IMG/VR virus record: IMGVR_UViG_3300037395_000062
Span: 30,110-94,109 of that record
Direction: 5' to 3' (one strand)
Source: a virus
DNA: 64,000 nt
Shown here: positions 53,578 through 63,555 of the stretch, piece after piece
Layout: every line of letters starts with the position of its first letter
Numbering within the stretch: the first letter of the stretch is position 1
Notes under the pieces: model-generated
The model's database searches: none
What the model was told of the DNA's origin: nothing
Seen by the model: the letters and a program-made list of their open reading frames with translations, nothing else
Position numbers and translations under genes: made by a program

Positions 53578-54927
53578 GTGACCGCGATCGACTACAAGCA
53601 CCAGGATATTGGGGCGGCGTTCCTAGCGGAGCGCCGCTTCGCGTTGCTGGCCGACGAGCCTGGACTGGGAAAGACCCGGGAATGCGTCATGGCTGCGGAT
53701 CTCGCCCGCATCGATCGCATCCTCGTCGTGTGTCCCGGCGTCGTACGCCGCCACTGGGAATCGGAGTTCCTGCAGTGGCAGACGATAGATCGGCCGGTCT
53801 CGGTGGAGGAGGGTTTTCTTGACGCGTCGCCCAGCCGTTATGGGGTCACCGTCGTTTCCCATGCGACGCTGAGCGACGCCGCCCAAAGGAAGACCAAAAC
53901 CGCGCGCGTGGGCTCGATTACCCGACTTTTCGAGGGTGCGCCTTACGACCTGATCGTCGTCGACGAGTCCGCCGAGTTCCGGCATTACCAGGCGGCCCGC
54001 ACGAGGACGCTGCTGGGTCCCGACGGCCTGGCGTCCCGCTCGGCGCGGACCTGGCTGTTGTCCGGCACGCCGGTGGTGAACTCCGCGGCCGACCTGTACC
54101 CGTTGGCCTACGGTTCGCGGTTGACGGACCTGTCGTGGCTCGACTTCTGCACCCATTATTGCGACATGCGAAACGACCCGTTCAAGGGGTTGAAGCCGGC
54201 CGGGATCCGCAACGCGGCGGAACTCGCGGCGGGGTTGCGTCCGCACGTGCTGCGCCGCACGATCGAGTCGCTCGGTATTCCGATGCCGCCGCTGGACGTC
54301 GCGCGTGCCCAGATCGATACGAACCAGGCGGAGGTGACCCGGATCATGTCCGATCTGTCCGGATGGACGCCGGATCAGTTGACGACGGCGCTAGACAACG
54401 GCGACGAGTTGCGCGACGCCGCGATGTCGCGGGTGCGCCGGGCGCTTGGGGGTGCCAAGGCCGTGGCCGCGGCGGAGCACGTGGTGGCCATACTGCGGAG
54501 CGGTGAGGGACCCGTCGTGGCGTTCTTCCACCACACGGACACAAGGATCGCGATGCACGCCGCGCTCGCGCACATGGGGTTCGTCTGTTCGTGGATCGAC
54601 GGTGACGTATCGTCGGCGCAACTGCGTGCTGCACGGGAGTGGTTCCAGGGCGGCAGGATCGACGTGCTGCTGGTGCAGACCCAGTGCGGCGGACAGGGGC
54701 TGACCCTGACCCGAGCGCATCGTTCGGTGGTGGTCGAACTGCCGTGGACGGCGGCGGCGCTGTTCCAGGCGGTCAAGCGCATACACCGGATCGGCCAGAC
54801 GCTGGCGTGCAGGGTCGAGCTTCTGGTGTCGCCCAGGTGCTGGCTGGACGAGGTGCTGGCCTCCGTGGTGGCCAGGAAGGAGCGGGCGAGCGACGAACTG
54901 ATGCGTCTGCTCACTTCGTCAACATAA
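53578..54927 (+). CDS. SNF2-family helicase
   Basis: LADEPGLGKT, VDES, LSGTP, GQGLTL, QAVKRIHRIGQ. Confidence 0.88.
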   Translation: MTAIDYKHQDIGAAFLAERRFALLADEPGLGKTRECVMAADLARIDRILVVCPGVVRRHWESEFLQWQTIDRPVSVEEGFLDASPSRYGVTVVSHATLSDAAQRKTKTARVGSITRLFEGAPYDLIVVDESAEFRHYQAARTRTLLGPDGLASRSARTWLLSGTPVVNSAADLYPLAYGSRLTDLSWLDFCTHYCDMRNDPFKGLKPAGIRNAAELAAGLRPHVLRRTIESLGIPMPPLDVARAQIDTNQAEVTRIMSDLSGWTPDQLTTALDNGDELRDAAMSRVRRALGGAKAVAAAEHVVAILRSGEGPVVAFFHHTDTRIAMHAALAHMGFVCSWIDGDVSSAQLRAAREWFQGGRIDVLLVQTQCGGQGLTLTRAHRSVVVELPWTAAALFQAVKRIHRIGQTLACRVELLVSPRCWLDEVLASVVARKERASDELMRLLTSST

Positions 54928-55008
54928 ATACAACAATTTCATCTTGCGCTATAACTGGCGTCCCGTTATGGTCCGGCTTCGCCTTTCGCAACCGAAGGAA
55001 TCCCCGAA

Positions 55009-55782
55009 ATGAGACTGTCGCTCGACCTGAACCTTAAGAACGACTTCGATCCCGCCGACTTCGCCGCGTTCATGGCGCTGGCGCGCAGCCTGGATGCCGG
55101 ACTGCCTGCCACGACGACCTGGACAGAAAACGGTGACTTGGCGCATACCGTGAGCGAATTTTCGAGGCGATCCGCAAGCGGTGAAAAGGGTCTGGGGATT
55201 GATCCGATCGGCGGCTACCGGAACTCGGTCGACATCGGCGAACATGCGCAGGGCGACGATGATACGAACAATACCAATGATGTCGCCGATGCGGCGAAGG
55301 CGAGCAGGAAGAAGCCCGGAGGTCGCAAGGCTAGCGCCACCGCCGAGCAGCAGGCCGAGGCGTTGACGCAGGCAGCGAAGGCCGAAGCAGAACAGCAGCC
55401 GGCGCCGATCTCCGGTTTCGCCCTGCCGCCGGGCGTCGCCCTGCCGCCGGGCGTCGCCCGCGACACGCCACCGACCGCTTTATCGGCGCTGCCCGGTGCC
55501 GCACAGGCTGAGCCCCAGGCCGCGATGCCGAAGGCCGGACCAGCCGCGCCGCTCGCCGCCGGCGAGGTGATGCGCCTGGAGGACTTTAAGGCCGGATACG
55601 CGGCCGTGCAGACGCAGGCGATGAAGATTGGCAAACCCAGTGCCTACCCGTTCAACGTCTCCAAGGCCGAGACGTGGCCCGACGGTTCGCCGAAGCCGTT
55701 CAAGACGATGGTGGTCGACCAGGTTCCTCCCGAACTGCGGCAGGTGTTCCTGGACTACTGCCAGCTTGCGCTGAACATGTAG
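55009..55782 (+). CDS. Hypothetical Ala/Pro-rich protein (usual neighbour of DUF2800)
   Basis: 257 aa, AAGGA RBS. Confidence 0.65.
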   Translation: MRLSLDLNLKNDFDPADFAAFMALARSLDAGLPATTTWTENGDLAHTVSEFSRRSASGEKGLGIDPIGGYRNSVDIGEHAQGDDDTNNTNDVADAAKASRKKPGGRKASATAEQQAEALTQAAKAEAEQQPAPISGFALPPGVALPPGVARDTPPTALSALPGAAQAEPQAAMPKAGPAAPLAAGEVMRLEDFKAGYAAVQTQAMKIGKPSAYPFNVSKAETWPDGSPKPFKTMVVDQVPPELRQVFLDYCQLALNM

Positions 55783-55796
55783 CCTGGGGTTCGTCC

Positions 55797-55950
55797 ATGT
55801 CGAAGCGCCGTATTCCGATCAAGGCCGCGAGGGACATCGCCGAGCGGTTCGGCTACGATCAGGTGGTGATCGTGGCACGTAAGATCGGGAAGGGTGGCGG
55901 CGAGCACGTCACCACCCCGAGCGCATCGCCAGTTTCAAGGATATTGAATC
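55797..55950 (+). pseudogene. Apparent truncated small phage gene
   Basis: MSKRRIPIKAARDIAERFGYDQVVIVAR..EHVTT then runs out of frame into the next gene with no stop. Confidence 0.4.
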
Positions 55951-57315
55951 ATGACACCCACCCAGCATGCGCTGTTGAAGGAATTGATCGCGCTATCCGG
56001 CGGGGACGCGCTGTTCCGTCCGTCCTCGGCCGACCGGCTGATCGGCTGTCCCGGAAGCATCGTCCTGAACGCCCGGCTGCCGAAGGTGAAGAAGCGCTCG
56101 ACCGCCGCCCAGCGCGAGGGCACCGCCGCGCACAAGGTGGCCGAGGATGCGCTGAACGGAGTCCGCCAGCCGGACGAGTGGACCGACCGGATGGTGCGGA
56201 TCGATTCCGAGGGGATGGAAGGCGAGTTCGTCACCGAGGAGATGACCGAAGGGGTACAGATATACCTCGACACCATCGCCTCGCGCGAGGAGCCCGGCAC
56301 CGAACGGTTCGTCGAACGGAAACTGTCGCTGGCGCCGCTCGATCCGACTGATCCCATGCTGGCGGAGAACCGCGGTACCGGCGACTGCGTGATCGTCAAC
56401 CGCAGGCTGCGCAAGCTGACGATCGTCGACCTGAAGTTCGGCAAGGGCGTGATGGTCAAGGGCGACAGTCCTCAGCTCAAGGACTACGCGCTGATGGCGC
56501 TGGTCTCGATCGGCATGGACGGCGGCTGGAGCGAGGTGGAGACGATCGTCGTGCAGCCCCGCGCGCAGGGCAACTCCGAGAAGGTGAAGCCGGTCTCGTT
56601 CGAGCCGATGGATCTCCTGGGCAGCTTCGTCGGCGAGTTGGCTGGAGCGATGGAATCCGCACTCGATCCGAACGCGCCGCTGCGCATCGGCTCGCACTGC
56701 AAGTGGTGCGACGCCAAGGACGTCTGTCCGGCGCAGCGCGACGTGAACTTCAACATCGCCAGGGACGCCTTCGCGCGTTCGCCGATTCTTTCCGCGTCGT
56801 CCGCCGCGCTGCCGCCGTCCGGCCTGCTGATCGGTACCGTCGACCATCCGCGTCCACAGGCACCTCCCGGGGTGTCCGTGCTTCCCTCCGTGCTGTCGTT
56901 CGATCCCGGCGAACTGGCGACGATACTCGACCGCATCAACCTATACTACGATGCGTTCACCGCCGCGGTGAAGCACCGCGTCGCGCAGTTGATCCAGGCT
57001 GGGGTTACCGTCCCCGGCTGGGTCATGGAGTCCAGGACAGGAAACCGGCGCTGGATCGACGAGAAGACAGCGATCGACGTCCTGCACAGGGAAGGCGGGG
57101 TGAAGATGACCGACATCTACACCGACCCGAAGCTACGCTCGCCGGCGCAGATCGAGAAGAAGTTGGTAAAGGACCGGAAGCACGTGCTCGACGCGCTGGT
57201 GGAGTGTCCGGCCGGCGAACCTACCCTGATCCGCGCGAGCGCATCGAAGGCGTCGGCACCGGAATTGGTCGTCGGCAGGCTGGGGCCGATTGCGCAGGGA
57301 GGTACATCGGCGTAG
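55951..57315 (+). CDS. DUF2800 Cas4-like PD-(D/E)xK exonuclease
   Basis: PSSA.R...CPGS..EGT.AH..GTGD..DLKFGKG..QL..Y..IVQPR..HCKWC..SPAQIEK. Confidence 0.85.
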   Translation: MTPTQHALLKELIALSGGDALFRPSSADRLIGCPGSIVLNARLPKVKKRSTAAQREGTAAHKVAEDALNGVRQPDEWTDRMVRIDSEGMEGEFVTEEMTEGVQIYLDTIASREEPGTERFVERKLSLAPLDPTDPMLAENRGTGDCVIVNRRLRKLTIVDLKFGKGVMVKGDSPQLKDYALMALVSIGMDGGWSEVETIVVQPRAQGNSEKVKPVSFEPMDLLGSFVGELAGAMESALDPNAPLRIGSHCKWCDAKDVCPAQRDVNFNIARDAFARSPILSASSAALPPSGLLIGTVDHPRPQAPPGVSVLPSVLSFDPGELATILDRINLYYDAFTAAVKHRVAQLIQAGVTVPGWVMESRTGNRRWIDEKTAIDVLHREGGVKMTDIYTDPKLRSPAQIEKKLVKDRKHVLDALVECPAGEPTLIRASASKASAPELVVGRLGPIAQGGTSA

Positions 57316-57342
57316 AAAGGCTCGCCGCCTTACGGCAACGCT

Positions 57343-57396
57343 ACGAAACACACGAAACACACGAAACACACGAAACACACGAAACACACGAAACAC
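57343..57396 (+). repeat. Intergenic tandem repeat (ACGAAACAC)x6
   Basis: Six perfect copies ending at the AGGA RBS of the SSB gene. Confidence 0.95.
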
Positions 57397-57411
57397 AGGA
57401 ATCCTACGCAC

Positions 57412-58362
57412 ATGTCAGCAGCAACCGCGTTTCAGATCGATCCGTACCTCGCCGCGCAGTTCATGCCTGCGAACGACCTCACCAATATCGACCGTGAATG
57501 GCACTCCTTGGATATCGTCACGCCGATCGGGCGGTTCGCCAATATCCACGTCGACGCGCCGTTCGCGATCCCGACCAAGTCCAACAGGCCGAGTCCGTTG
57601 AAGTATTCGGCGCAGCTTCTGATGGCGCCGGGGACCCAGGACAAGCCGATCGTCGCGGACATCTACCGCGCGATCGTCGCGATCGCGTCGTCGAAGTTTC
57701 CGCCGATGCAGCGTCCCGATCCGTCGAACCCGGCGCAACTCATCACCGTCACGGCCGAGCAGCGGCTGCGCATGGACGAGAAGGTCGGCGGTCTTCACTA
57801 CCCGCTTCGATCAGGCGATGACATGTACATGACCGATCCGCAGAAGTTCGGGCTGTGGCGAGGCCTGTTCTTCATCAACGCCAGCATGTGGCCGCAGACC
57901 AAGGCGGGCGCGGTGAAGCAGCCGGTCTGCATGGACGAGAACGGCAGCGTCGTGACCAGGGAAGGCAAGCCGGCCTCGACGCTGTTCTATCCCGGCTGCT
58001 ATGGCCGTATGCTGGTGACGGTGAAAGCCTACTCCAACGAGGGCAACGGCGTCACCTTCGACCTGCGCGGCGTGCAGTTCGCCCGACATGGCGAGCGGAT
58101 GGCGACCTTCAATACCGGTGACTTCACCCGCAACGCGTTCGAGAAGGCGGGCGCCATCTCCGGCGATATCGGACAGCCGCCGAGCGGCTGGGCTCCGGGT
58201 TCCGGTCCGCATACCGCGACTCCGGGATCCGTTCCGCCTGGAGCGGCGCCGGCCGGCGTGCCGTATGGTTTCGCCGCACCTCCGGCCGGTGCACCCGCCG
58301 GGTTCGCCGCACCGCAGCCTTCCGCGCAACCCCCGGGTGGGGCCCGCCCTCCCGGGGTCTGA
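57412..58362 (+). CDS. Single-stranded DNA-binding protein (DUF2815/gp2.5-like)
   Basis: KYSAQLL..PLRSGD..FINAS..FYPGCYGR..AY..GV.F.L..VQF..GER; sits between DUF2800 and PolA. Confidence 0.8.
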   Translation: MSAATAFQIDPYLAAQFMPANDLTNIDREWHSLDIVTPIGRFANIHVDAPFAIPTKSNRPSPLKYSAQLLMAPGTQDKPIVADIYRAIVAIASSKFPPMQRPDPSNPAQLITVTAEQRLRMDEKVGGLHYPLRSGDDMYMTDPQKFGLWRGLFFINASMWPQTKAGAVKQPVCMDENGSVVTREGKPASTLFYPGCYGRMLVTVKAYSNEGNGVTFDLRGVQFARHGERMATFNTGDFTRNAFEKAGAISGDIGQPPSGWAPGSGPHTATPGSVPPGAAPAGVPYGFAAPPAGAPAGFAAPQPSAQPPGGARPPGV

Positions 58363-58829
58363 TCTGGGCCGCCACTGGCCACAGGCCGGATAAGCTTGGC
58401 GGATACGATGGCGGCACGCTGGAGCGACTTGTCGATCTGGCGTGCCGTTTCCTCGTCGAGGTCGGACCAAAACACGTGATATCCGGCATGGCGCTAGGGT
58501 GGGATACCGCCGTCGCGTTGGCGGCCATCCGCTGCGGAATTCCATTCACGGCGGCGATCCCGTTCGAGGGTCAGGAACTGCGGTGGCCGGAGGAATCGCA
58601 GCGCGTGTACCGGTACATGCGAACCCAGGCGAATGGCGAGACCGTCGTCGCATTCGGCGGATACTCCGCTCGTGCGATGCAGGCAAGGAACGAGTGGATG
58701 GTCGACCGATGCGATGCCGTGGTCGCGCTGTGGTCGGGCGATGTCGGCGGCACGGCGAATTGCGTCCGGTACGCGGGCCAGGTCGGTAGACCGGTGACGA
58801 ACCTGTGGGAGCGTTGGATTTTCGCTTGA
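58359..58829 (+). CDS. SLOG/YspA-family protein
   Basis: ATGHRPDKLGGY..ISGMALGWD..PFEGQ..W..RNEWMVD..GGTANCV. The N-terminal motif requires a CTG start at 58359. Confidence 0.82.
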   Translation: MIWAATGHRPDKLGGYDGGTLERLVDLACRFLVEVGPKHVISGMALGWDTAVALAAIRCGIPFTAAIPFEGQELRWPEESQRVYRYMRTQANGETVVAFGGYSARAMQARNEWMVDRCDAVVALWSGDVGGTANCVRYAGQVGRPVTNLWERWIFA

Positions 58830-58853
58830 CGTTCTGTTGCTTCGTTGTAGAAT
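58826..58853 (+). promoter_or_regulatory. Sigma70-like promoter with the 13-bp motif in its spacer
   Basis: TTGACG-ttcTGTTGCTTCGTTG-TAGAAT. Confidence 0.65.
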
Positions 58854-58876
58854 AGCGTTTGTATGGAGGCCGCAAC

Positions 58877-59740
58877 ATGACCATCTCCGCCAAGATCATC
58901 GCCGATTCCGTTTCTCCGGACGGAAAGCGACTCACGACCGTTCAGACCCGCTATCCGAAGTTCATCCACGGCGAGGTGATGACGCACCGGGCGTTCTCCC
59001 GCAACGCCTCCTCGTCCCGGGCGATCCCGGTCGCCCGGTTGATCCAGGACGTGATTGACGATCCGATCGAGCCGTCGTTCTGGGGGAAGAACCAACCCGG
59101 GATGCAGGCGGCGGAGGAGCTTACGGGAGAATACTTGAATATGGCGAAAGCATACTGGAATATCGTAAGAAGTATGTCTATTTCGAGCGCACGATATCTT
59201 ACAATTTATGGCACCCACAAGCAGATCGTCAACCGTATCCTCGAACCCTACTGCCACATCAACACGCTGATCTCGGCAACCGAGTGGGACAACTTCTTCG
59301 AACTGCGCTGTCATCCCGCCGCGCAGCCCGAGATGCGGATGCTGGCCGAGGCGATCCGCGACGCGCGGGCGGCGTCGACGCCGAAGCTGCTTCGGCTGGG
59401 TGAATGGCACCTTCCGTATTTCGATCCAGAGGCCGACAGAGAGGCGTTGTTCGACGCTAACCTCGGCGGTGATCTGTTTGACTGGATGATCCGACTCTCC
59501 GTCGCCCGCTGCGCGCGGGTCTCCTACCTGACCCAAGAGGGCGCCGTCCCAACGACCGAAGCGGACCTCGCGCTTTACGACCGGCTCGTCGGATCGGTGC
59601 CGTTGCACGCCTCGCCGGCCGAGCACCAGGCGACACCGGACAGGAAATGGGAGTTGGGTTGGGAAGCGCCCGAACTTCACGGTAACTTCGTCGGGTGGGT
59701 TCAGCGCCGGAAGCAGATCGAACAGCGGATCGCGAAATGA
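58877..59740 (+). CDS. thyX: Flavin-dependent thymidylate synthase (phage Thy1 type)
   Basis: EVMTHRAFSRNASSSRAIP..HKQIVNRILEP..NFFELR..SVARCARVSY..HASPAEH. Confidence 0.88.
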   Translation: MTISAKIIADSVSPDGKRLTTVQTRYPKFIHGEVMTHRAFSRNASSSRAIPVARLIQDVIDDPIEPSFWGKNQPGMQAAEELTGEYLNMAKAYWNIVRSMSISSARYLTIYGTHKQIVNRILEPYCHINTLISATEWDNFFELRCHPAAQPEMRMLAEAIRDARAASTPKLLRLGEWHLPYFDPEADREALFDANLGGDLFDWMIRLSVARCARVSYLTQEGAVPTTEADLALYDRLVGSVPLHASPAEHQATPDRKWELGWEAPELHGNFVGWVQRRKQIEQRIAK

Positions 59741-60054
59741 CATTTGAGCGCGGCTCGATCGTCGCCGAGAAGCGCGGCGTATTTTACTCCGAGACGCTGG
59801 GCGTCGTGGACCGGATAGCGGCCGGAAAGCTGTTCGTTCGATTCGGCGAGGTGGATATCAACACCTTCTCCGCTGCGACCGGCATCTCGTGCAACAAATT
59901 CCGCCTGCGTTCCGGTTGGCGTATCGTTCCGCTCGACGCTACGGTGCGGCTGGATATGATCGCGACCGGGTTCGCCTTCGGTCCGTGCACGCGACCGAAG
60001 CTGGAGCGAATGGAATCCATCGCGCGGTCGTTACGCGAAAGCGTAATGGCGTGA
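59737..60054 (+). CDS. Hypothetical protein
   Basis: ATGA coupled. Confidence 0.5.
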   Translation: MTFERGSIVAEKRGVFYSETLGVVDRIAAGKLFVRFGEVDINTFSAATGISCNKFRLRSGWRIVPLDATVRLDMIATGFAFGPCTRPKLERMESIARSLRESVMA

Positions 60055-60187
60055 GCGATCCCGGTGCGCATGATCCAGGCGGATGCGGCCCCGTCGTGGA
60101 TGACGACGCATGGATGGAAGCGTTTGCAAAGGAGACTAAGGAGCGAAACGCACTTAAAATTCTCGCGGATACGTGGAACGCCGACTG

Positions 60188-62521
60188 ATGCGTCCGAACA
60201 GCTTCGACGCCGAGACCTCCGCGTTCGTTCCGATCCAGCTCGGCGCCGATCGTTACACCGCTGATCCACGCACGCGCTGCCTGATGTTCGCGTGGCACGA
60301 GGTCGGCTCCTCGGAGAAACCCAGGCTGTGGCGCGAGGGCGATCCGGTCCCGTATGCGATCAAGGGACACGTCGCCAACGGTGGATCGTTCGCTGGATGG
60401 AACGTAATCGGGTTCGATAGGCTCGTGTACAGCCGCATCCTGGTGGCGAAACACGGATTCCCGCCGATCGACGACGACTGCTGGCGCGACTCCATGCACC
60501 TCGCGGCCGCCGCGAACCTGCCCAGGAGCCTCGACGGCTGCGCCCGGGCGGTCGGCGTCGCGCACGATGCCTCGCTGAAGGACCAGAACCGCCTGCGCCG
60601 GATCACCGACGCCAACCGCACCGCGATTCCGGCACCGGTCGCCGAGATCCTGGACTACGCGGATGAGCGCGAAGGGTTTCTTCGGGCGTGGGTGAGGGAA
60701 AACTTGGGAAAGCCGATTAACGGGAGCATGTCATCGGGCGACCTTTACGCGTGGATAAGTCACCGTACGGAATGGAGATACGATGCCAAGCTTGTGGATG
60801 ATCTCCGCTGGCTGGCCGATCGCTGCGTGCAGGACGTATCTATGGAGGAGGGGGTGCTGCTCCGGTTGCCACCATGGCCCGTCATGCAGCCGTGGCTGGC
60901 GATGCCCTCGATCGACCGGCGGATCAATGACCGCGGCGTGATGATCGACCTGCCACTGGTGAAGGGGCTGGCGCGCGCAGCTGCGATCGAGACCGCGCGG
61001 TTGGACGTCGAGATCGCCAAGCTGACCGACGGCGAGGTGCCGAAAACCACGAACGTCGAATCGCTTAAGGCATGGCTCGTGGGGCGCGGCGTGGAACTTC
61101 CGTCGACCGCGAAGGAGGTTGTAGAGGATGATGGTGACGAACTGGACGAAGAGGACGACGCTGCTGAAGCGGCAGTGGTGAGAAAGACCGGCCGCAAGTC
61201 GCCGTGGTTTCTACGAAAAAGCGATATCGCCGACTTGCTGGCGCGTACCGATGTGCCGGAGAGCTGCCGTATGGCATTGATGGCGCGGGCCGAGGCGGCT
61301 AAGGCGTCTACCGGCAAACTGCGCGCGATGATCGCCATGGCGGACGATCACTGGCGACTGCGGGGTATCCTGCTGATGGGTGGCGCACAGCAGACGATGC
61401 GGTGGTCTTCGGTGAAGGTTCAACTGCACAACACGCTGCGTGACGTGTTCGCCAATCACGATGACATAGCCGACACCAACGGCTTGAACGCCAAGACCGA
61501 TGCCGTCGAGGTTAAGCGTTTGGCCGACACCGCGCTCGCCACCGCGATCGAGGTCGGGCGCACCGGCGATTCCGATCTGATGCGCTGCATGTACGAAACA
61601 ATGCGCCGCGACGCCCAGGGACGATCTTACCGGTCTGGGGTGATAAGCTGGGTATCGCGGATGGTTCGCCGCACGATTTGCGCGCCGGCTGGCAGCTTGC
61701 TGCTCAACGGTGACTGGGCTCAGGTGGAGGCGCGTATAACCGTGTGGCTGTCCCAGCAACTCGACATGCTAAGTGCTTTCGCGTCCGGCGACGACGTATA
61801 CCGTATCGCCGCCGCGGGCATATTTGGACTACCGCCGGAGCAGATCACGAAATTCATGCGTCAGACCGGCAAAGTTTCGATTCTTGCCCTGGGATTCGGA
61901 GGTGCGGAAGGTGCGCTGGTAGCCATGGCGCAGAACTACGGAATCCTTATGAATAGGATTGAAGCGGCGCCGATCGTCAAGGCATGGCGCGAGGCCAACG
62001 CACAGACGCGAAAATACTGGTACGCGACCGACGACGCAGCCGCCTGGGCGGTGCAGTATCCAGGCCGCGAGTTTGCAGTGCCGCCGCTTGGCCTTGTGTC
62101 CTACTCTATGCAAGGTGACTGCCTGTGTTGCCGTCTACCGTCTGGACGTTTGCTGCGCTACTGGCAGCCGCGATTGACCCAGGAATATTGGGGTAACGGT
62201 CGCCCGAAGGACAGGTTGAGCCTAAGCGCGCTAGCGATTAAAGGGCGGGCTGTATTCCGCCGTTCCGTCTACCACACTATCTTGGTGGAGAACCAGGTGC
62301 AGGCAATTGCTGCGGATTTGTTGGCCGAAGCGCTGTTGAACGCAGACGCTGCTGGTATTCCTATTGGCCTGCACGTACACGATAATCTTGCCGGTGAGGT
62401 GCTGGAGACAGACGTGATGCGCAAACTGTCGCTATTCGAGCGGTGTATGCTTGACATGCGGCCGTGGACATCGGGCTTACCGATCGCGGTCGAGGCGGAA
62501 GCGAACGCGCGGTTTGGGTAG
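60188..62521 (+). CDS. polA: Family A DNA polymerase
   Basis: Exonuclease motifs FDAET and N..FD; polymerase motifs DWAQVEAR, RQTGK..LALGFG, ENQVQAIAAD, HVHD. Confidence 0.92.
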   Translation: MRPNSFDAETSAFVPIQLGADRYTADPRTRCLMFAWHEVGSSEKPRLWREGDPVPYAIKGHVANGGSFAGWNVIGFDRLVYSRILVAKHGFPPIDDDCWRDSMHLAAAANLPRSLDGCARAVGVAHDASLKDQNRLRRITDANRTAIPAPVAEILDYADEREGFLRAWVRENLGKPINGSMSSGDLYAWISHRTEWRYDAKLVDDLRWLADRCVQDVSMEEGVLLRLPPWPVMQPWLAMPSIDRRINDRGVMIDLPLVKGLARAAAIETARLDVEIAKLTDGEVPKTTNVESLKAWLVGRGVELPSTAKEVVEDDGDELDEEDDAAEAAVVRKTGRKSPWFLRKSDIADLLARTDVPESCRMALMARAEAAKASTGKLRAMIAMADDHWRLRGILLMGGAQQTMRWSSVKVQLHNTLRDVFANHDDIADTNGLNAKTDAVEVKRLADTALATAIEVGRTGDSDLMRCMYETMRRDAQGRSYRSGVISWVSRMVRRTICAPAGSLLLNGDWAQVEARITVWLSQQLDMLSAFASGDDVYRIAAAGIFGLPPEQITKFMRQTGKVSILALGFGGAEGALVAMAQNYGILMNRIEAAPIVKAWREANAQTRKYWYATDDAAAWAVQYPGREFAVPPLGLVSYSMQGDCLCCRLPSGRLLRYWQPRLTQEYWGNGRPKDRLSLSALAIKGRAVFRRSVYHTILVENQVQAIAADLLAEALLNADAAGIPIGLHVHDNLAGEVLETDVMRKLSLFERCMLDMRPWTSGLPIAVEAEANARFG

Positions 62522-62638
62522 AAAGAAACGGCCCGTGATATTCAGCAGCACGCACATAGACAACGAAAGCAGCAGGGACAGCATGCGAAAGCAGGGACGA
62601 ATCGAAAGCGGCGTGTACGTGCGCTACGAGGTGACGCC

Positions 62639-63487
62639 GTGAGAATCCTTATCCGGCGCACGGGTGCGCTGGGTGACGTCATCCTGGCGACGCCGGTGGT
62701 GCGGCAACTGCGGGTCTGGAATCCAGATGCCGATATCGCTGTGCAGACCGCCTGCCCCGACGTGTTCCGCGATTCGCCGCACCGGCTGACGATGCTTCGA
62801 CCGGGACCGTTGCCCTACCCATGGACCGAGGAAGGCGGCGTCTACCGCACGATCGACCTCGATCTGGCTTACGAGAGGAGGCCGTTGATGCACGTCGTCG
62901 AGGCCTATATGGCCGAGGCGTTCGGTGATCCCGGCAACCCGGGCGACCGCAGGCAGGAACTGTTCTACCGGAGACCGCGGAACTGGCCGAGCAACTCGAG
63001 GATCGTCGCCATCCACGCGGCCAAGGCCGGATGGCGCAACCGCACGCTGCCGGAGGGGACGTGGAAGGCGGTCGCCGCCGGCGTCAAGGCGGCTGGGTTT
63101 ACGCCCCTTCTCGTCGGCACGATGCGCGACGCGCTGCCCCAGTCCGGGATATCCGCGTTCCACTCCGGCGACCTGCTGGTGCAGACCGGCGTTATATCGC
63201 GGTGCGCGTGCTTCGTCGGATCCGATTCGGCGCTGCTGCACGCGGCGGGCGCCACCGACGTGCCGATCGTCGGGGTGTTCACCTGCGTACCGCCTGAACT
63301 TCGCATGCCGCAGCGAGGTCCCGGATTTCGCGCGGGGACGGTCGTGCCGGACCTATCCTGCGTCGGTTGCCATGTCCGCCGACCGACGCCGGCCACGTTC
63401 GAATCCTGCGAGCGCGGGGACGTGGCGTGCGTCGGTGCGGTCGATCCGCATGCCGTTGTCGAAGCGATTCTCAGGCTGACAGCCTGA
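62639..63487 (+). CDS. GT9 (heptosyltransferase-like) glycosyltransferase
   Basis: GALGDVILATP..VGSDSALLHAAGA..VGVF..C.GC..C. Confidence 0.88.
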   Translation: MRILIRRTGALGDVILATPVVRQLRVWNPDADIAVQTACPDVFRDSPHRLTMLRPGPLPYPWTEEGGVYRTIDLDLAYERRPLMHVVEAYMAEAFGDPGNPGDRRQELFYRRPRNWPSNSRIVAIHAAKAGWRNRTLPEGTWKAVAAGVKAAGFTPLLVGTMRDALPQSGISAFHSGDLLVQTGVISRCACFVGSDSALLHAAGATDVPIVGVFTCVPPELRMPQRGPGFRAGTVVPDLSCVGCHVRRPTPATFESCERGDVACVGAVDPHAVVEAILRLTA

Positions 63488-63555
63488 ATCGAAAACATTC
63501 TGGTGTTGCCGTCATATTACGGGTGCTCGAAAAACTGATTGACTGGAGGCAGCAA

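Noticed and set aside
55951-57315. Cas4-like nuclease as a CRISPR component
   Set aside because: Standard DUF2800-SSB-PolA replication context.
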